A DNA stretch of 64,000 nt. Origin: Ginsengibacter sp. Its GTDB lineage: Bacteria; Bacteroidota; Bacteroidia; Chitinophagales; Chitinophagaceae. Within the stretch, counting starts at the first letter, position 1, and each line of letters begins with the position of its first letter. Below are positions 1 to 10,016 of the stretch, one piece after another. The DNA lies in the NCBI GenBank assembly GCA_039934515.1, contig JBDTLZ010000122.1, positions 1,874 to 65,873 of the forward strand. The letters are read 5' to 3'. The notes beneath the pieces are model-generated. The model was not told where the DNA came from, did no database searches, and saw only the letters and a list, made by a program, of their open reading frames with translations. Both the position numbers and the translations under genes were made by a program.

Positions 1-36
1 AAACCAAAATAAAATACTGCGCAACAATTTGTACAT
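1..36 (-). CDS. 5' end of a gene running off the window; probably quinone-dependent dihydroorotate dehydrogenase (PyrD class 2)
   Basis: Minus strand reads MYKLLRSILFWF, resembling the Bacteroidota class-2 PyrD N-terminus. A TATCTTCG -7 motif lies at 45-52. Only 12 codons are visible. Confidence 0.45.
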   Translation of the reverse strand, partial: MYKLLRSILFWF

Positions 37-201
37 GATGGCAGCGAAGATACTTGAAATTTTAAGCGAATTGTAGTTAAGTGGAGCGCTCATTAAGTGA
101 GTGATCAACGATCCTGGCTAATTTCCCAGGGGCCTTTATAATTTGAGAATAATTGGCGACTTGTTGTTGGAATATTGATAGGTGATGGTAAACTTAAGTG
201 A

Positions 202-2436
202 CTATTCTGTATCATACCTGTCGACACTTTCAATTCCGGGGAGTTTTTTCAATTCGATCACAAGTTCTTCCAGCTCGTCTTTATCATGGACATATACTTT
301 TATATTCCCTTCGAAAATTCCTTCTTTGGCTTCGATGGTAAGGGCATTGATATTAATTTTCAGGTCACCACTAATGAGGTTGGTTATTTTATTAATGACA
401 CCCACGTCATCCATCCCAATTATTTTTATACCGGTTAAGAATGAAATCTCTTTGTTCTTTACCCATTTTGTTTTTACAACCCTGTGTCCGTAATGAGATA
501 AAAGCCTGGTGGCATTAGGGCAATTGGTACGGTGAATTTTAAGGCCCTCGCCCTGCGTGATAAATCCAAATACGTCATCGCCGGGAATAGGTTTGCAGCA
601 ATTGGCCAACGTGTACATGATCTTGTCGCTGCTTTCACCAAATATGATGAGCTCTGCATCTTTTTTATTGTAATGCTTATTTTCGGGCTCATGCTTTTCT
701 TCTACAGGAAACTTGATGACCTTGGGTGCGAAAATTTTATCTCCTATGGTTTTAAATTCCTTAAGTTCTTTAAGGTCAATTTTTTTTGTTGCAATCTCAT
801 ACAACAGATCGAGCGTCGACGAAAGCTTATAATAGCTGGTAAGCTCTTCGAGATTTGGTGGGTTCATTGTGGCGCCAAAGTTCTCAAGCTTTTTCTGCAA
901 AATGTATTTTCCATCTTCAGCTATCTTTCTCTTTTCTTCTTTGAGTGAATCTTTTATTTTAGATTTAGCTTTTGGCGTTACGACCAGTTTTAGCCATTCG
1001 CTGCTGGGTTTCTGCTTTGTCGATGTAATGATCTCTATCTGGTCTCCGCTGCGGAGTTTATGCCCAATAGGAACAAGTTTGTGGTTTACTTTTGCCCCAA
1101 TACACTTTTCGCCAACGGCAGTATGTACTGCAAACGCAAAATCAAGCGCTGATGCCCCTATCGGTAACATTTTTACATCTCCCTTAGGGGTATAAACATA
1201 AATTTCCTCTGCTAAAAAAGATACTTTAAAATCCTGTAAAAAATCTATTGAATTGGTGTCCTGGCTTGACAGCATATCCCTTATCTGGTGAAACCACTTA
1301 TCAAACCGGTTTTCATCATTGGTACCTTCTTTGTATTTCCAGTGAGCCGCAAGGCCTTTCTCTGCAATATCATTCATGCGCTTGGTTCTTATCTGTACTT
1401 CTACCCATTTTCCCTGGGCTCCCATTACAGTGGTATGCAAAGCTTCATAACCATTGCTTTTAGGATTGCTCAGCCAATCGCGCATACGCTCGGGAGAAGG
1501 AATATATGCATCGGTTATCAGGCTGTAAACTTTCCAGCAATCTTCTTTTTCTTTTTCGGGCGGAGAATTTAAAATAACGCGGATGGCAAAAAGGTCATAG
1601 ACCTCATCAAATGAAATGCCTTTCTTTTTCATTTTATTCCAGATGGAATGAATGCTTTTAGGCCTTCCGTATATTTCAAAATTGAAATTCCCCTGCTGCA
1701 GTTTTTCCTTTACCGGCTTTATAAATTCATTAATATAGCGGGTACGTTCCCTTTTTGTATTATCAAGTTTTTGGGCAATGTAGCGGTAACTGTCTGGCTC
1801 CATATATTTCATGGCCAGGTCTTCCATTTCAGTCTTGATATTATACAAACCCATCCTGTGAGCCAACGGGGCATACACATATACCGTTTCAGAAGAAATT
1901 TTTAACTGTGTTTCCCGCTTCATGCTGTCGAGTGTTCGCATATTGTGAAGCCTGTCTGCCAGTTTAATTAATATTACCCTTGGATCATCCGTAAGTGTGA
2001 GCAGGATCTTTTTAAAATTTTCTGCCTGTTGGGTTGTGTTGTTGGCATCGAGGACGTTGGAGATCTTTGTAAGCCCGTCAACAATTTTTGCAATTTCATT
2101 GCCAAATTCTCTTTGAACATCTTCGAGTGTGATATCGGTGTCTTCAACGGTGTCATGCATGAGCGCACAAATGGTGCTGCGTACGCCAAGCCCTATTTCT
2201 TCAACGCATATCATGGCCACAGCAAGCGGATGAAGAATGTATGGTTCGCCACTTTTACGCCGCATGGTCTTATGCGCGTCTACGGCGATTTCAAAAGCAG
2301 ACCGTACCAATTCTTTATCCCCCGGCTTCAATTTCGGCTTTAGCGCTCGTAAAAGAGCACGGTAATGCCTGAGGATTTCTTTTTTTTCTTCCTCCTGGTT
2401 CAGTGAGTATTTAGGAATTTCCAGAATTGTGTCCAT
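202..2436 (-). CDS. relA: Bifunctional (p)ppGpp synthetase/hydrolase (long RSH, RelA/SpoT family)
   Basis: Motifs RRKSGEPYILHP, HD hydrolase LMHDTVED, synthetase RPKSIHSI/YEALH/EVQIRT, TGS (LDFAFAVHT) and C-terminal ACT. Start moved from 2508 to MDTILE at 2436 because a -7 motif lies at 2443-2450. Confidence 0.95.
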   Translation of the reverse strand: MDTILEIPKYSLNQEEEKKEILRHYRALLRALKPKLKPGDKELVRSAFEIAVDAHKTMRRKSGEPYILHPLAVAMICVEEIGLGVRSTICALMHDTVEDTDITLEDVQREFGNEIAKIVDGLTKISNVLDANNTTQQAENFKKILLTLTDDPRVILIKLADRLHNMRTLDSMKRETQLKISSETVYVYAPLAHRMGLYNIKTEMEDLAMKYMEPDSYRYIAQKLDNTKRERTRYINEFIKPVKEKLQQGNFNFEIYGRPKSIHSIWNKMKKKGISFDEVYDLFAIRVILNSPPEKEKEDCWKVYSLITDAYIPSPERMRDWLSNPKSNGYEALHTTVMGAQGKWVEVQIRTKRMNDIAEKGLAAHWKYKEGTNDENRFDKWFHQIRDMLSSQDTNSIDFLQDFKVSFLAEEIYVYTPKGDVKMLPIGASALDFAFAVHTAVGEKCIGAKVNHKLVPIGHKLRSGDQIEIITSTKQKPSSEWLKLVVTPKAKSKIKDSLKEEKRKIAEDGKYILQKKLENFGATMNPPNLEELTSYYKLSSTLDLLYEIATKKIDLKELKEFKTIGDKIFAPKVIKFPVEEKHEPENKHYNKKDAELIIFGESSDKIMYTLANCCKPIPGDDVFGFITQGEGLKIHRTNCPNATRLLSHYGHRVVKTKWVKNKEISFLTGIKIIGMDDVGVINKITNLISGDLKININALTIEAKEGIFEGNIKVYVHDKDELEELVIELKKLPGIESVDRYDTE

Positions 2437-2733
2437 TGTACACGAATTTACGAAGAAAATAGCTATTGGTTTTATTTGCGCGCCTTCGAATTGCAGGTCT
2501 TTTTCCAATGGATCCCCACCGGTACTCCGGCCTTTATGGAGGGCTAATGCCCACCTATCGGAACTGGTATCGCCAATTGGGAATCGCGGAGTATTTTCAA
2601 ATTCCTTTGTGCTTCAGCAAACTGTATAAATTTATATACTGATACCGGCTGTTAAATCATAGAGGAATACCTTCCAGCCTTACCTGCCGGTAGTTATTGA
2701 AATTCAATAAAGCGCATAAATAATTGTAGCTAA

Positions 2734-4059
2734 CTAATATCCATTATTCTGGGTAAGATTTGCATTAACAGTTCTTTCTCTCTTGGGTATGGGAAAGACT
2801 AACCTGTCATCATTCCATGGGATGTTACCAACCGTACCCTCCAACCTTTTTAAATCATCCAAAGCAAATCCTTCAAATGATAATTCAAGCCTCCGCTCCA
2901 TTAATATTTTATCAATCGTTAGATCGGCTGCGTCGTAAGAAGCAAGGTTAACCCTGTTTCGTATTAAGTTAATATCATTTACAGGCTCATCGCCAACTGA
3001 GGTGCCTTTCCTGAAATTGGCCTCTGCTCTTACTAAATACATTTCTGCCAGCCGAATCGTGTGAACATTTCCGTAAAGCTCTTCAAATTTTAAAGTATAG
3101 TCATCGCTGTTGAACAAATTTAACCGGTCATCATCAGCTTCATACAAGCCCAGGTGGTCATCGGTAATTTGGATCTCTGCCCTTTGTGATTCCGAATAAA
3201 ATTCATTAAATGCATTAATACCCGAAGTGGGTGTTACCTGCATGGAAAAAATATCTTCTTCTGATGTTACTCCGAAAGCTGCTGCATAAGTGGGTGCCAG
3301 TTGCGCGCCGGTAGAATTGATTGCATTGTCCGCTTCGATGGCGGCATTGGCAAAATCACCCTTTTGTAAATAGACACGCGCAAGCACCGCTGACGCTGCA
3401 GATTGATTTGCAAAAAAACCGTTATCCTGTGGAAGTTTATTCTTTGCATCTGTAAGGTCACTAATAACCTGCGCATAAACTTCTGCGACGGTATTTCTTT
3501 TTACCTTATTCTCTTCAGTTATTGAATGGGTAGGCGTTAAAACAAGTGGAACCCCGGGATTAGAGGTTGGGTCACCATCATTCCAGGCTTTTCCAAATTT
3601 TTTTACCAGCTCAAAATAGGAAAAGGCTCTTATATATTTAGCTTCTCCCTCGACCTGGTTTTTTTCCGCAGCAATAACAACATTTAAAGCGCTGAGTACA
3701 TTGTTGACATCATTGATAGCCTTGTACCCGTCCAGCCAGTTATTGGTTACAAATCCATTATCAACAGGTATCGTATTGTTGTTAATTTGAGTTAATCCCT
3801 GGTACGTTCCGGACCAGCTTATTTCGTTACCATAAGCCATAAGATCGCCTTCCAAAAATATTTCGCCACCAAAAAAATCTTCAGTACCGAGATCTTTATA
3901 AGCGCCAACCAACGCGAGTTTTACATCGACACTTGTATTTAAAGCACTTCCTGCGTCAATACTGTCCGTGGGGTTGGTATCTAACTTCTTACTACAGGCG
4001 GTAAAAAAAAGGATGATTGAATACAGTACTATTTTTTCAATTATATTTTTCATTGTCAT
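2734..4059 (-). CDS. SusD/RagB family outer-membrane lipoprotein
   Basis: Lipobox FTAC, EAKYIRAFSYFELV, IRLAEMYLVRAEA, ERRLELSFEG. Directly downstream of a SusC. Start may be 4053. Confidence 0.93.
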   Translation of the reverse strand: MTMKNIIEKIVLYSIILFFTACSKKLDTNPTDSIDAGSALNTSVDVKLALVGAYKDLGTEDFFGGEIFLEGDLMAYGNEISWSGTYQGLTQINNNTIPVDNGFVTNNWLDGYKAINDVNNVLSALNVVIAAEKNQVEGEAKYIRAFSYFELVKKFGKAWNDGDPTSNPGVPLVLTPTHSITEENKVKRNTVAEVYAQVISDLTDAKNKLPQDNGFFANQSAASAVLARVYLQKGDFANAAIEADNAINSTGAQLAPTYAAAFGVTSEEDIFSMQVTPTSGINAFNEFYSESQRAEIQITDDHLGLYEADDDRLNLFNSDDYTLKFEELYGNVHTIRLAEMYLVRAEANFRKGTSVGDEPVNDINLIRNRVNLASYDAADLTIDKILMERRLELSFEGFALDDLKRLEGTVGNIPWNDDRLVFPIPKRERTVNANLTQNNGY

Positions 4060-4077
4060 ATTTATTATAGTTAGGGA

Positions 4078-7000
4078 TCATAAACCAATATTAAAACCAA
4101 AAACAATCGTTTTAATCTGCGGGGCAGAATAAAAATCAACACCCTGGTTTATATTATCTGTGTAGTCATCTTCACTTACTTCGGGATCCCACCCTTTATA
4201 TTTTGTTATCGTAAATAAATTTTGCGCTCTTACATAGATCCTCACCCTGTCAAGTTTTGCCACTTTAATTAAAGAAGTTGGAAGGCTATATCCCAGGGAA
4301 ACAGATTTTACTCTCAAATACGAGCCATTGGACACATATCGGCTTGAAGGATCCGTGCCGTTTGGATAGTTTAACCTGGGCTCCGGTACATTTGTAACAT
4401 CGCCGGGTTTTTTCCAATAATTCAATTGATCCAGGGTTTGATTGTCATATCCGTTGCTTCCCCCGGTAGACATATACTGGCCGCCACCATTATAAATCTG
4501 GTTACCGGATACGCCTTGCAGCAAAATATCAAGGTCTACGCCTTTATAGGTAAGCGTGTTGCTGAAACCATATATAAATTTAGGGTTTGGATTACCGATC
4601 AATACATCCGTAGCCTCGTTGTAATCGTTTGTCGTAGTGCGGTCCCTGGATCCATCTCCTTTCAGTGTATTTTTATAATACAACCCATCCCCGGTTTCCG
4701 GGTCTGCCCCTGCGAACTCCCTGGCAAAAAAGATTCCCAAAGGCTGGCCTTCCATTGCTTTACTCTGATAGACACCCAATATCTGCCCTCCGAGATCCGT
4801 TACTTTATTTTTGTTTGAACTAAAATTCAGGTTGGTAGTCCACCTAAGATTTTTTGAGGAAATGTTGACAGTGTTAATAGTAATTTCAATACCCTTGTTG
4901 TTAAGTTTGCCGATGTTCTCGAATTTAGTTGAGAAACCAGAAGTGCCCGGTACCTCCCTGTCCAGCAGTAAATCTGATGTCAATCTCTTATAAATATCGA
5001 CTTCTATGCTTATCCTGTTTTTAAATATGCTGGCTTCAACGCCCAGGTCAGCCGCTCTCGTACTTTCCCATTTTAAGTCAGGATTTGCTAATTGTGAAGG
5101 CCGTTGGCCCGCCACACCTCCATAAGCGCCATCACCGGCATATAATCCCCGGGCAGCAAAATCAGGAATAGACTGGTTCCCGGTTAAGCCATAACTAGCT
5201 TTGACCTTCAAAAAGTCCAGCCATTTTACATTTTCCAGGAATGACTCCTTAGTCAATATCCAGCCAACTGATGCAGCCGGAAAAAAGCCGTACCTGTGAT
5301 CAGCGCCAAATCTTGAAGAACCGTCGATCCTGCCATTCAGGCTTACCAGGTATTTATCCTTAAATCTATAATTGGCTCTTAAAAAATAAGACAAAAGGGT
5401 ATTCTCGGTTGAAGTAGAAGTGGCCTCAATTTTTGTTGCAGCACTGGATAATTTTTTATAGGCATCGCTGGGGAAATCCTGTGCCGTCGCGTCCGACCCG
5501 GCAACCGTGGTTTTCTCAAAGCTCATACCGCCTGTAAGATCCATATCATGAATATCGTTGAAGCTGGTAGCGTAATTAAAATAATTATTGGTATTGATAT
5601 TCAATACCTGGCTGGTTAGAAAGTAGCCATATCCGTTCGGAACGCCAAGGTCACGCACCGTCAGCTTGCCCCGGTAAGCCTCTTCCGTCTGGTTCAATTG
5701 ATCCATCCCAAATTCTGTGCGAAAAGTCAATCCTTTGGCTATGTTCAAATTTCCATATACATTGCCGATCGTGCGGTTAACAATAGTATGATAATAAGCA
5801 TTTTCAGCACTCAGTAAAGGGTTATAATATAATGGGTAACGGGCATTCGGGGCTCCGGTAACGGTATCCAGGGCGCCGCTTACGAGGCCAGTTCTCGGGT
5901 CGATAACCGGCGTAATTGGCGAAAGCGCTACAATTTGCAAAGGGCTTGAAAACTGGTCATCGTTCGATAACCGGTTATTTTCTGAACGGGCAAAGCTCAT
6001 GTTAACTCCAATTGAAATCCAGTCTTTCACACGCTGTTCAAGATTTAACCTGCCATTGTACCGTTTGTAAGCGTTTTTTACAAGGATACCTGCCTGGTCC
6101 AGGTATTGTCCAGATGCGTAATATTTTGTTTTATCAGTTCCACCGGAAAAACTGAGGTCGTATTGTGAAATAGGCGCGTGTTGAAATGCCTCTTCCTGCC
6201 AGTCAGTATTTATTTTGCCTGTTTTCCAATCCTCGTTATCGGCCGAATATCTCGTCATCCGCCCTTCGATAGTACTTTGATAGTCGTCCAGCGCTTCCTG
6301 CAATGTTGAATAATATCCATCAGCAAAATCTTTCTTCGCTGCGCCGACGCCGGCAGCAAACATCATATCGAGGTATTGCGGGGTATTCAAAAATTTTCTT
6401 TTGCCAGTCGGTTTTTGAAGGCCAGTATAATAGCCCAGGTCTATTTTTGAAGTTCCCGATTTTCCTTTTTTTGTTGTAATTAAGACTACCCCATTTGAGG
6501 CACGTGAACCGTAAATTGCAGCAGCAGATGCATCTTTTAAAATATCAATGGATTCTATATCATTCATGTTTAGATCTGCCAGCGGGTCGGTAGGCGCTCC
6601 GTTGCTGGACAAATCGGTAGTTATCACCGGCACGCCGTCAACGACATACAAGGGCTCATTGCCCGCTGAAACAGAGGCTGACCCTCTAATGCGTATATTA
6701 ATGCCCTGCCCCAATTTGCCATTTTGCTGTTGAACCTGAACGCCGGCAGCCCTACCTTGTATCGCACTTTCAAAACTGGTTGCAGGGGTGCTGTTGATCT
6801 CCTTAGCGGCAATTTTAGAGATCGAGCCCGTAATATTCCGCTTTGTGTTAGTTCCATAACCAATTACAATAACTTCGTTTAAAGACTGGGTGGTTTGACG
6901 TAGAACCACACTTATAGGTGAGGCGCCTACATTTACTTCCTGGTCGGCATAGCCAACAAAGGAAACAGTAAGCTTTTTTGCGCCATTTGAAGGAATGGAA

Positions 7001-7179
7001 AACGAACCGTCACTTTGTGAAACAACGGCAACCTTGCCACCCTTGACTTTTACGGTGGCACCGGAAACCGGTGAATGATCTTTTGCGTCCGTTATCATAC
7101 CGGATACCACCTGGCTTTGTGCCAGCACAGGACTAATTAAAAAAAACAGGCAGGAAAGTAAGGGTAAATGGTATCTCAT
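4078..7179 (-). CDS. SusC/RagA family TonB-dependent transporter
   Basis: EPLYVVDGVP, DIESIDILKDASAAAIYGSRASNGVVLITTKKG, NPDLKWE and a C-terminal beta strand. Start reassigned to the signal peptide MRYHLPLLSCLFFLISPVLA at 7179, because the longer ORF overlaps the tRNA promoter. Confidence 0.95.
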   Translation of the reverse strand: MRYHLPLLSCLFFLISPVLAQSQVVSGMITDAKDHSPVSGATVKVKGGKVAVVSQSDGSFSIPSNGAKKLTVSFVGYADQEVNVGASPISVVLRQTTQSLNEVIVIGYGTNTKRNITGSISKIAAKEINSTPATSFESAIQGRAAGVQVQQQNGKLGQGINIRIRGSASVSAGNEPLYVVDGVPVITTDLSSNGAPTDPLADLNMNDIESIDILKDASAAAIYGSRASNGVVLITTKKGKSGTSKIDLGYYTGLQKPTGKRKFLNTPQYLDMMFAAGVGAAKKDFADGYYSTLQEALDDYQSTIEGRMTRYSADNEDWKTGKINTDWQEEAFQHAPISQYDLSFSGGTDKTKYYASGQYLDQAGILVKNAYKRYNGRLNLEQRVKDWISIGVNMSFARSENNRLSNDDQFSSPLQIVALSPITPVIDPRTGLVSGALDTVTGAPNARYPLYYNPLLSAENAYYHTIVNRTIGNVYGNLNIAKGLTFRTEFGMDQLNQTEEAYRGKLTVRDLGVPNGYGYFLTSQVLNINTNNYFNYATSFNDIHDMDLTGGMSFEKTTVAGSDATAQDFPSDAYKKLSSAATKIEATSTSTENTLLSYFLRANYRFKDKYLVSLNGRIDGSSRFGADHRYGFFPAASVGWILTKESFLENVKWLDFLKVKASYGLTGNQSIPDFAARGLYAGDGAYGGVAGQRPSQLANPDLKWESTRAADLGVEASIFKNRISIEVDIYKRLTSDLLLDREVPGTSGFSTKFENIGKLNNKGIEITINTVNISSKNLRWTTNLNFSSNKNKVTDLGGQILGVYQSKAMEGQPLGIFFAREFAGADPETGDGLYYKNTLKGDGSRDRTTTNDYNEATDVLIGNPNPKFIYGFSNTLTYKGVDLDILLQGVSGNQIYNGGGQYMSTGGSNGYDNQTLDQLNYWKKPGDVTNVPEPRLNYPNGTDPSSRYVSNGSYLRVKSVSLGYSLPTSLIKVAKLDRVRIYVRAQNLFTITKYKGWDPEVSEDDYTDNINQGVDFYSAPQIKTIVFGFNIGL

Positions 7180-7394
7180 AATGTAGTTATTTTCAAAAAT
7201 GATATGATTGATAAATATAAGAGAGATAAATTTCATAACGTATGCTGCACCTGCTTTTTTTTCCACGCAATGCGCACTACGTTGCAAAACTTCCGGTACG
7301 ACAGCAAATAGATTTTCTCCCGTAAATGTGAAAGCAAGACAAGATATAAACAATAAAATCCGGGCAGGTGCTATGATTTTTAACCGAAATCCAT

Positions 7395-7402
7395 TACTTT
7401 TG
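7395..7402 (+). promoter_or_regulatory. Bacteroidota primary-sigma -7 element for tRNA-Leu/tig
   Basis: TACTTTTG matches TAnnTTTG, 11 nt before the tRNA. Confidence 0.7.
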
Positions 7403-7413
7403 CCGCCCCAAAA

Positions 7414-7495
7414 GCGCATGTGGTGAAATTGGTAGACACATCAGACTTAGGATCTGATGCCGTAAGGTGTGGGGGTTCGAGTCCCTCCATGCGCA
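7414..7495 (+). tRNA. tRNA-Leu (anticodon TAG)
   Basis: Acceptor stem GCGCATG/CATGCGC+A, D-loop AATTGGTAGAC, anticodon arm TCAGA-CT TAG GA-TCTGA, long variable arm, T-loop GGTTCGAGTCC. CCA is not encoded. Confidence 0.97.
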
Positions 7496-7567
7496 CACTC
7501 ACAAAATATATTTTCTGCAAAGGAAATCACAACCGCCCGTTCGCGGGGGGCAGATAAAACTCTATTA

Positions 7568-8938
7568 ATGGCAACTGTTACAAAAGAAAATATTGGTAAT
7601 CTTCATGATAAGCTAACAGTAAAGGTTTCTAAGGAAGATTATTATCCCTCATTTGAAAAAGCTATAAAAGATTATAGTAAAAAGGCCAACATTCCAGGTT
7701 TTAGAAAGGGAATGGTGCCTCCCGGGATGGTTAAAAAAATGTATGGCGCTTCAATCTTTTACGATGAGGTGATAAAGGTTGTTGAAAAGGAGATCAGGGA
7801 ATACCTCGATAGGGAAAAACCCGAAATTTTTGCCCAGCCTTTACCCATAGAAAGCGATATGCGGAAACTGGATATGTCAAATCCTGTGGAATATGATTTC
7901 CCGTTTGAAATAGGCCTTAAACCGGTAGTTTCTACAGAGGTTTTATCAACAGCGAAGCCAACATTTTATAAAGTGAGGGTAACACCGGAAATGCTTGACG
8001 AAGAAATAGAAAAACTGGTTACCAAGTATGGTGACATGAAAGATGCCGATGAGGTTACGGCGCCGGATAATGTATTGAATGTTTCATTCCAGGAAAGTGA
8101 CGCTGAAGGAAACCCCGTACCAGACGCACTTTCTAAAGATAATTCTATACTGGTAAAATATTTTTCAGAAGATTTCAGGAAACAACTCATTGGCAAAAAG
8201 AAAGATGAATTTGTTGTATTGCAGTTAAATAATGCTTTTGCTGAAAAAGAAAGGGAGTGGATCATTGCTGACCTGGGGCTCGATAAAAATGATGCAGCAC
8301 AGGAAGAAAAATATTTTAAAATGACCATTACCAAGATTGGTCTGGTCGAAAAAAGAGTCCTTACTGAAGAATTCTTCGACCAGGTATTTCCAGGCAAGGA
8401 GATAAAAACCGAGGAGGCCTTCCGAAATGAAATGAAGGATCAGTTACAGTTGCAATGGGATTCGGCCAGTCACGGGCAGCTGCAGGATCAACTATACCAC
8501 ATCCTGGTAGATACTCCGTTGCAGTTGCCTGAAGATTTTTTAAAAAGGTGGATAGCAGTTGGTGGCGAGCACAAGAAAACATCGGAAGAAGTAGATGCAG
8601 AATTTCCGGTGTTCACCAACCAATTGAAATGGACTTTAATAAGTGATAAAATTATTAACGAGAACAACATCGATGTATCACCCGAAGAATTAAGGGGATA
8701 TATGAAGGTGGAAATCATGCGGTATTTCGGGCAGGTAAACATGAATATGGGAGACGATACACAGTGGATTGAAAGTTATATTGATAGAATGATGAAAGAC
8801 GAAAAGCAGGTAGACAGCAGTTATCGTAAGTTGATCACTCAAAAATTATTCACCTTTCTTGAGACCATTGTAACGCCGGCAGAAAAAGACACCACTCCTG
8901 AAGAACTTTTGGCATTGCAGCATCATCATGAGCATTGA
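7568..8938 (+). CDS. tig: Trigger factor
   Basis: Ribosome-binding signature IPGFRKGMVP and position upstream of clpP/clpX. Start set at MATVTKEN because the longer ORF overlaps the tRNA. Confidence 0.93.
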   Translation: MATVTKENIGNLHDKLTVKVSKEDYYPSFEKAIKDYSKKANIPGFRKGMVPPGMVKKMYGASIFYDEVIKVVEKEIREYLDREKPEIFAQPLPIESDMRKLDMSNPVEYDFPFEIGLKPVVSTEVLSTAKPTFYKVRVTPEMLDEEIEKLVTKYGDMKDADEVTAPDNVLNVSFQESDAEGNPVPDALSKDNSILVKYFSEDFRKQLIGKKKDEFVVLQLNNAFAEKEREWIIADLGLDKNDAAQEEKYFKMTITKIGLVEKRVLTEEFFDQVFPGKEIKTEEAFRNEMKDQLQLQWDSASHGQLQDQLYHILVDTPLQLPEDFLKRWIAVGGEHKKTSEEVDAEFPVFTNQLKWTLISDKIINENNIDVSPEELRGYMKVEIMRYFGQVNMNMGDDTQWIESYIDRMMKDEKQVDSSYRKLITQKLFTFLETIVTPAEKDTTPEELLALQHHHEH

Positions 8939-9303
8939 CGGGAAGGGGAACTGTTTAGCTGAACTCAGTTTGAGCCAGCAAAGGTTTACATGTTTAGGAG
9001 GCTTAGCGGGTTTGGAAGAAGTTTTTACAGCGAGTGCCGAAACAATTAATAGCAACGAAAACAACACGACGGTTTGCTCTTTCTAAACCAGGAAACCTAC
9101 TAAACAAATAACTTCACTATACCTATTGAATCAATTAACTTAACTTAACTCAACTCACTATATCCTCTATACCATATAAACTCCAAACCTTTGCCACAAA
9201 ACTCCAAACCATACGTCGCTCCCTGTCCTTTTGTCTCATTTTTTTATTAGCATAATATTTGGGAACTTATGCCTGTAAATAGCTATTACTCTAAATTTAA
9301 TTT

Positions 9304-9993
9304 ATGAATACCGGAAAAGAATTTGAAAAATATGCAGTTAAGCATAAAGGAATTAGCAGCAACACACTGCATGGATATATTAAACACAACGTTACCAATC
9401 TTACTCCTAATATTATTGAAGAAAGGCCCATGAACATCGCAGTGATGGATGTTTACAGCCGTTTAATGATGGACAGGATAATATTCCTGGGCTACCCCGT
9501 GAACGAGGAAGTCGCCAACATTATTACTGCGCAACTGCTCTTTTTGGAAAGCACCGACAGGACCAGGGACGTACAACTATATATTAATTCTCCCGGCGGC
9601 GGTGTGTATGCGGGACTTGGTTTATATGATACTATGCAGTTTGTAACCCCCGATATTGCTACCATTTGTACGGGTATTGCGGCAAGTATGGCAGCCGTAT
9701 TAATGAGCGCAGGTGCCCCCGGCAAAAGGAGTGCATTGCGCCATTCAAGAATTATGATGCACCAGCCAAGTGCAGGCGCCGCAGGCCAGGCGTCGGATGT
9801 AGAGATTACCGTAAACGAAGTTAGAAAAGTGAAACATGAGCTGTACGAGATTTTAAGCAACCATACCGGCCAAACAATAGAAAAAGTCACCAAGGACAGC
9901 AACCGCGATTATTGGATGACAGCAGAAGAAGCCAAAAATTATGGATTGATTGACGAGGTTTTGTTAACCAATTCAAAGAAGTTAAAAAAATAA
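9304..9993 (+). CDS. clpP: ATP-dependent Clp protease proteolytic subunit (paralog 1)
   Basis: DVYSRLMMDRIIFL, YINSPGG, catalytic AASM, MHQP, RDYWM. Confidence 0.97.
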   Translation: MNTGKEFEKYAVKHKGISSNTLHGYIKHNVTNLTPNIIEERPMNIAVMDVYSRLMMDRIIFLGYPVNEEVANIITAQLLFLESTDRTRDVQLYINSPGGGVYAGLGLYDTMQFVTPDIATICTGIAASMAAVLMSAGAPGKRSALRHSRIMMHQPSAGAAGQASDVEITVNEVRKVKHELYEILSNHTGQTIEKVTKDSNRDYWMTAEEAKNYGLIDEVLLTNSKKLKK

Positions 9994-10016
9994 AAGACAT
10001 TCAAAAAATAAAGGAT

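Noticed and set aside
2500-2730. GC-richer patch between susD and relA as a riboswitch or ncRNA
   Set aside because: I found no convincing stems or known consensus, and it lies upstream of the relA -7 element.
7180-7567. Long N-terminal extensions of the SusC and Tig ORFs
   Set aside because: They overlap tRNA-Leu and its promoter, and downstream ATGs give canonical N-termini.
7414-7567. tRNA-Leu as an integration site
   Set aside because: There is no integrase, I saw no duplicated tRNA 3' end, and tig follows directly.
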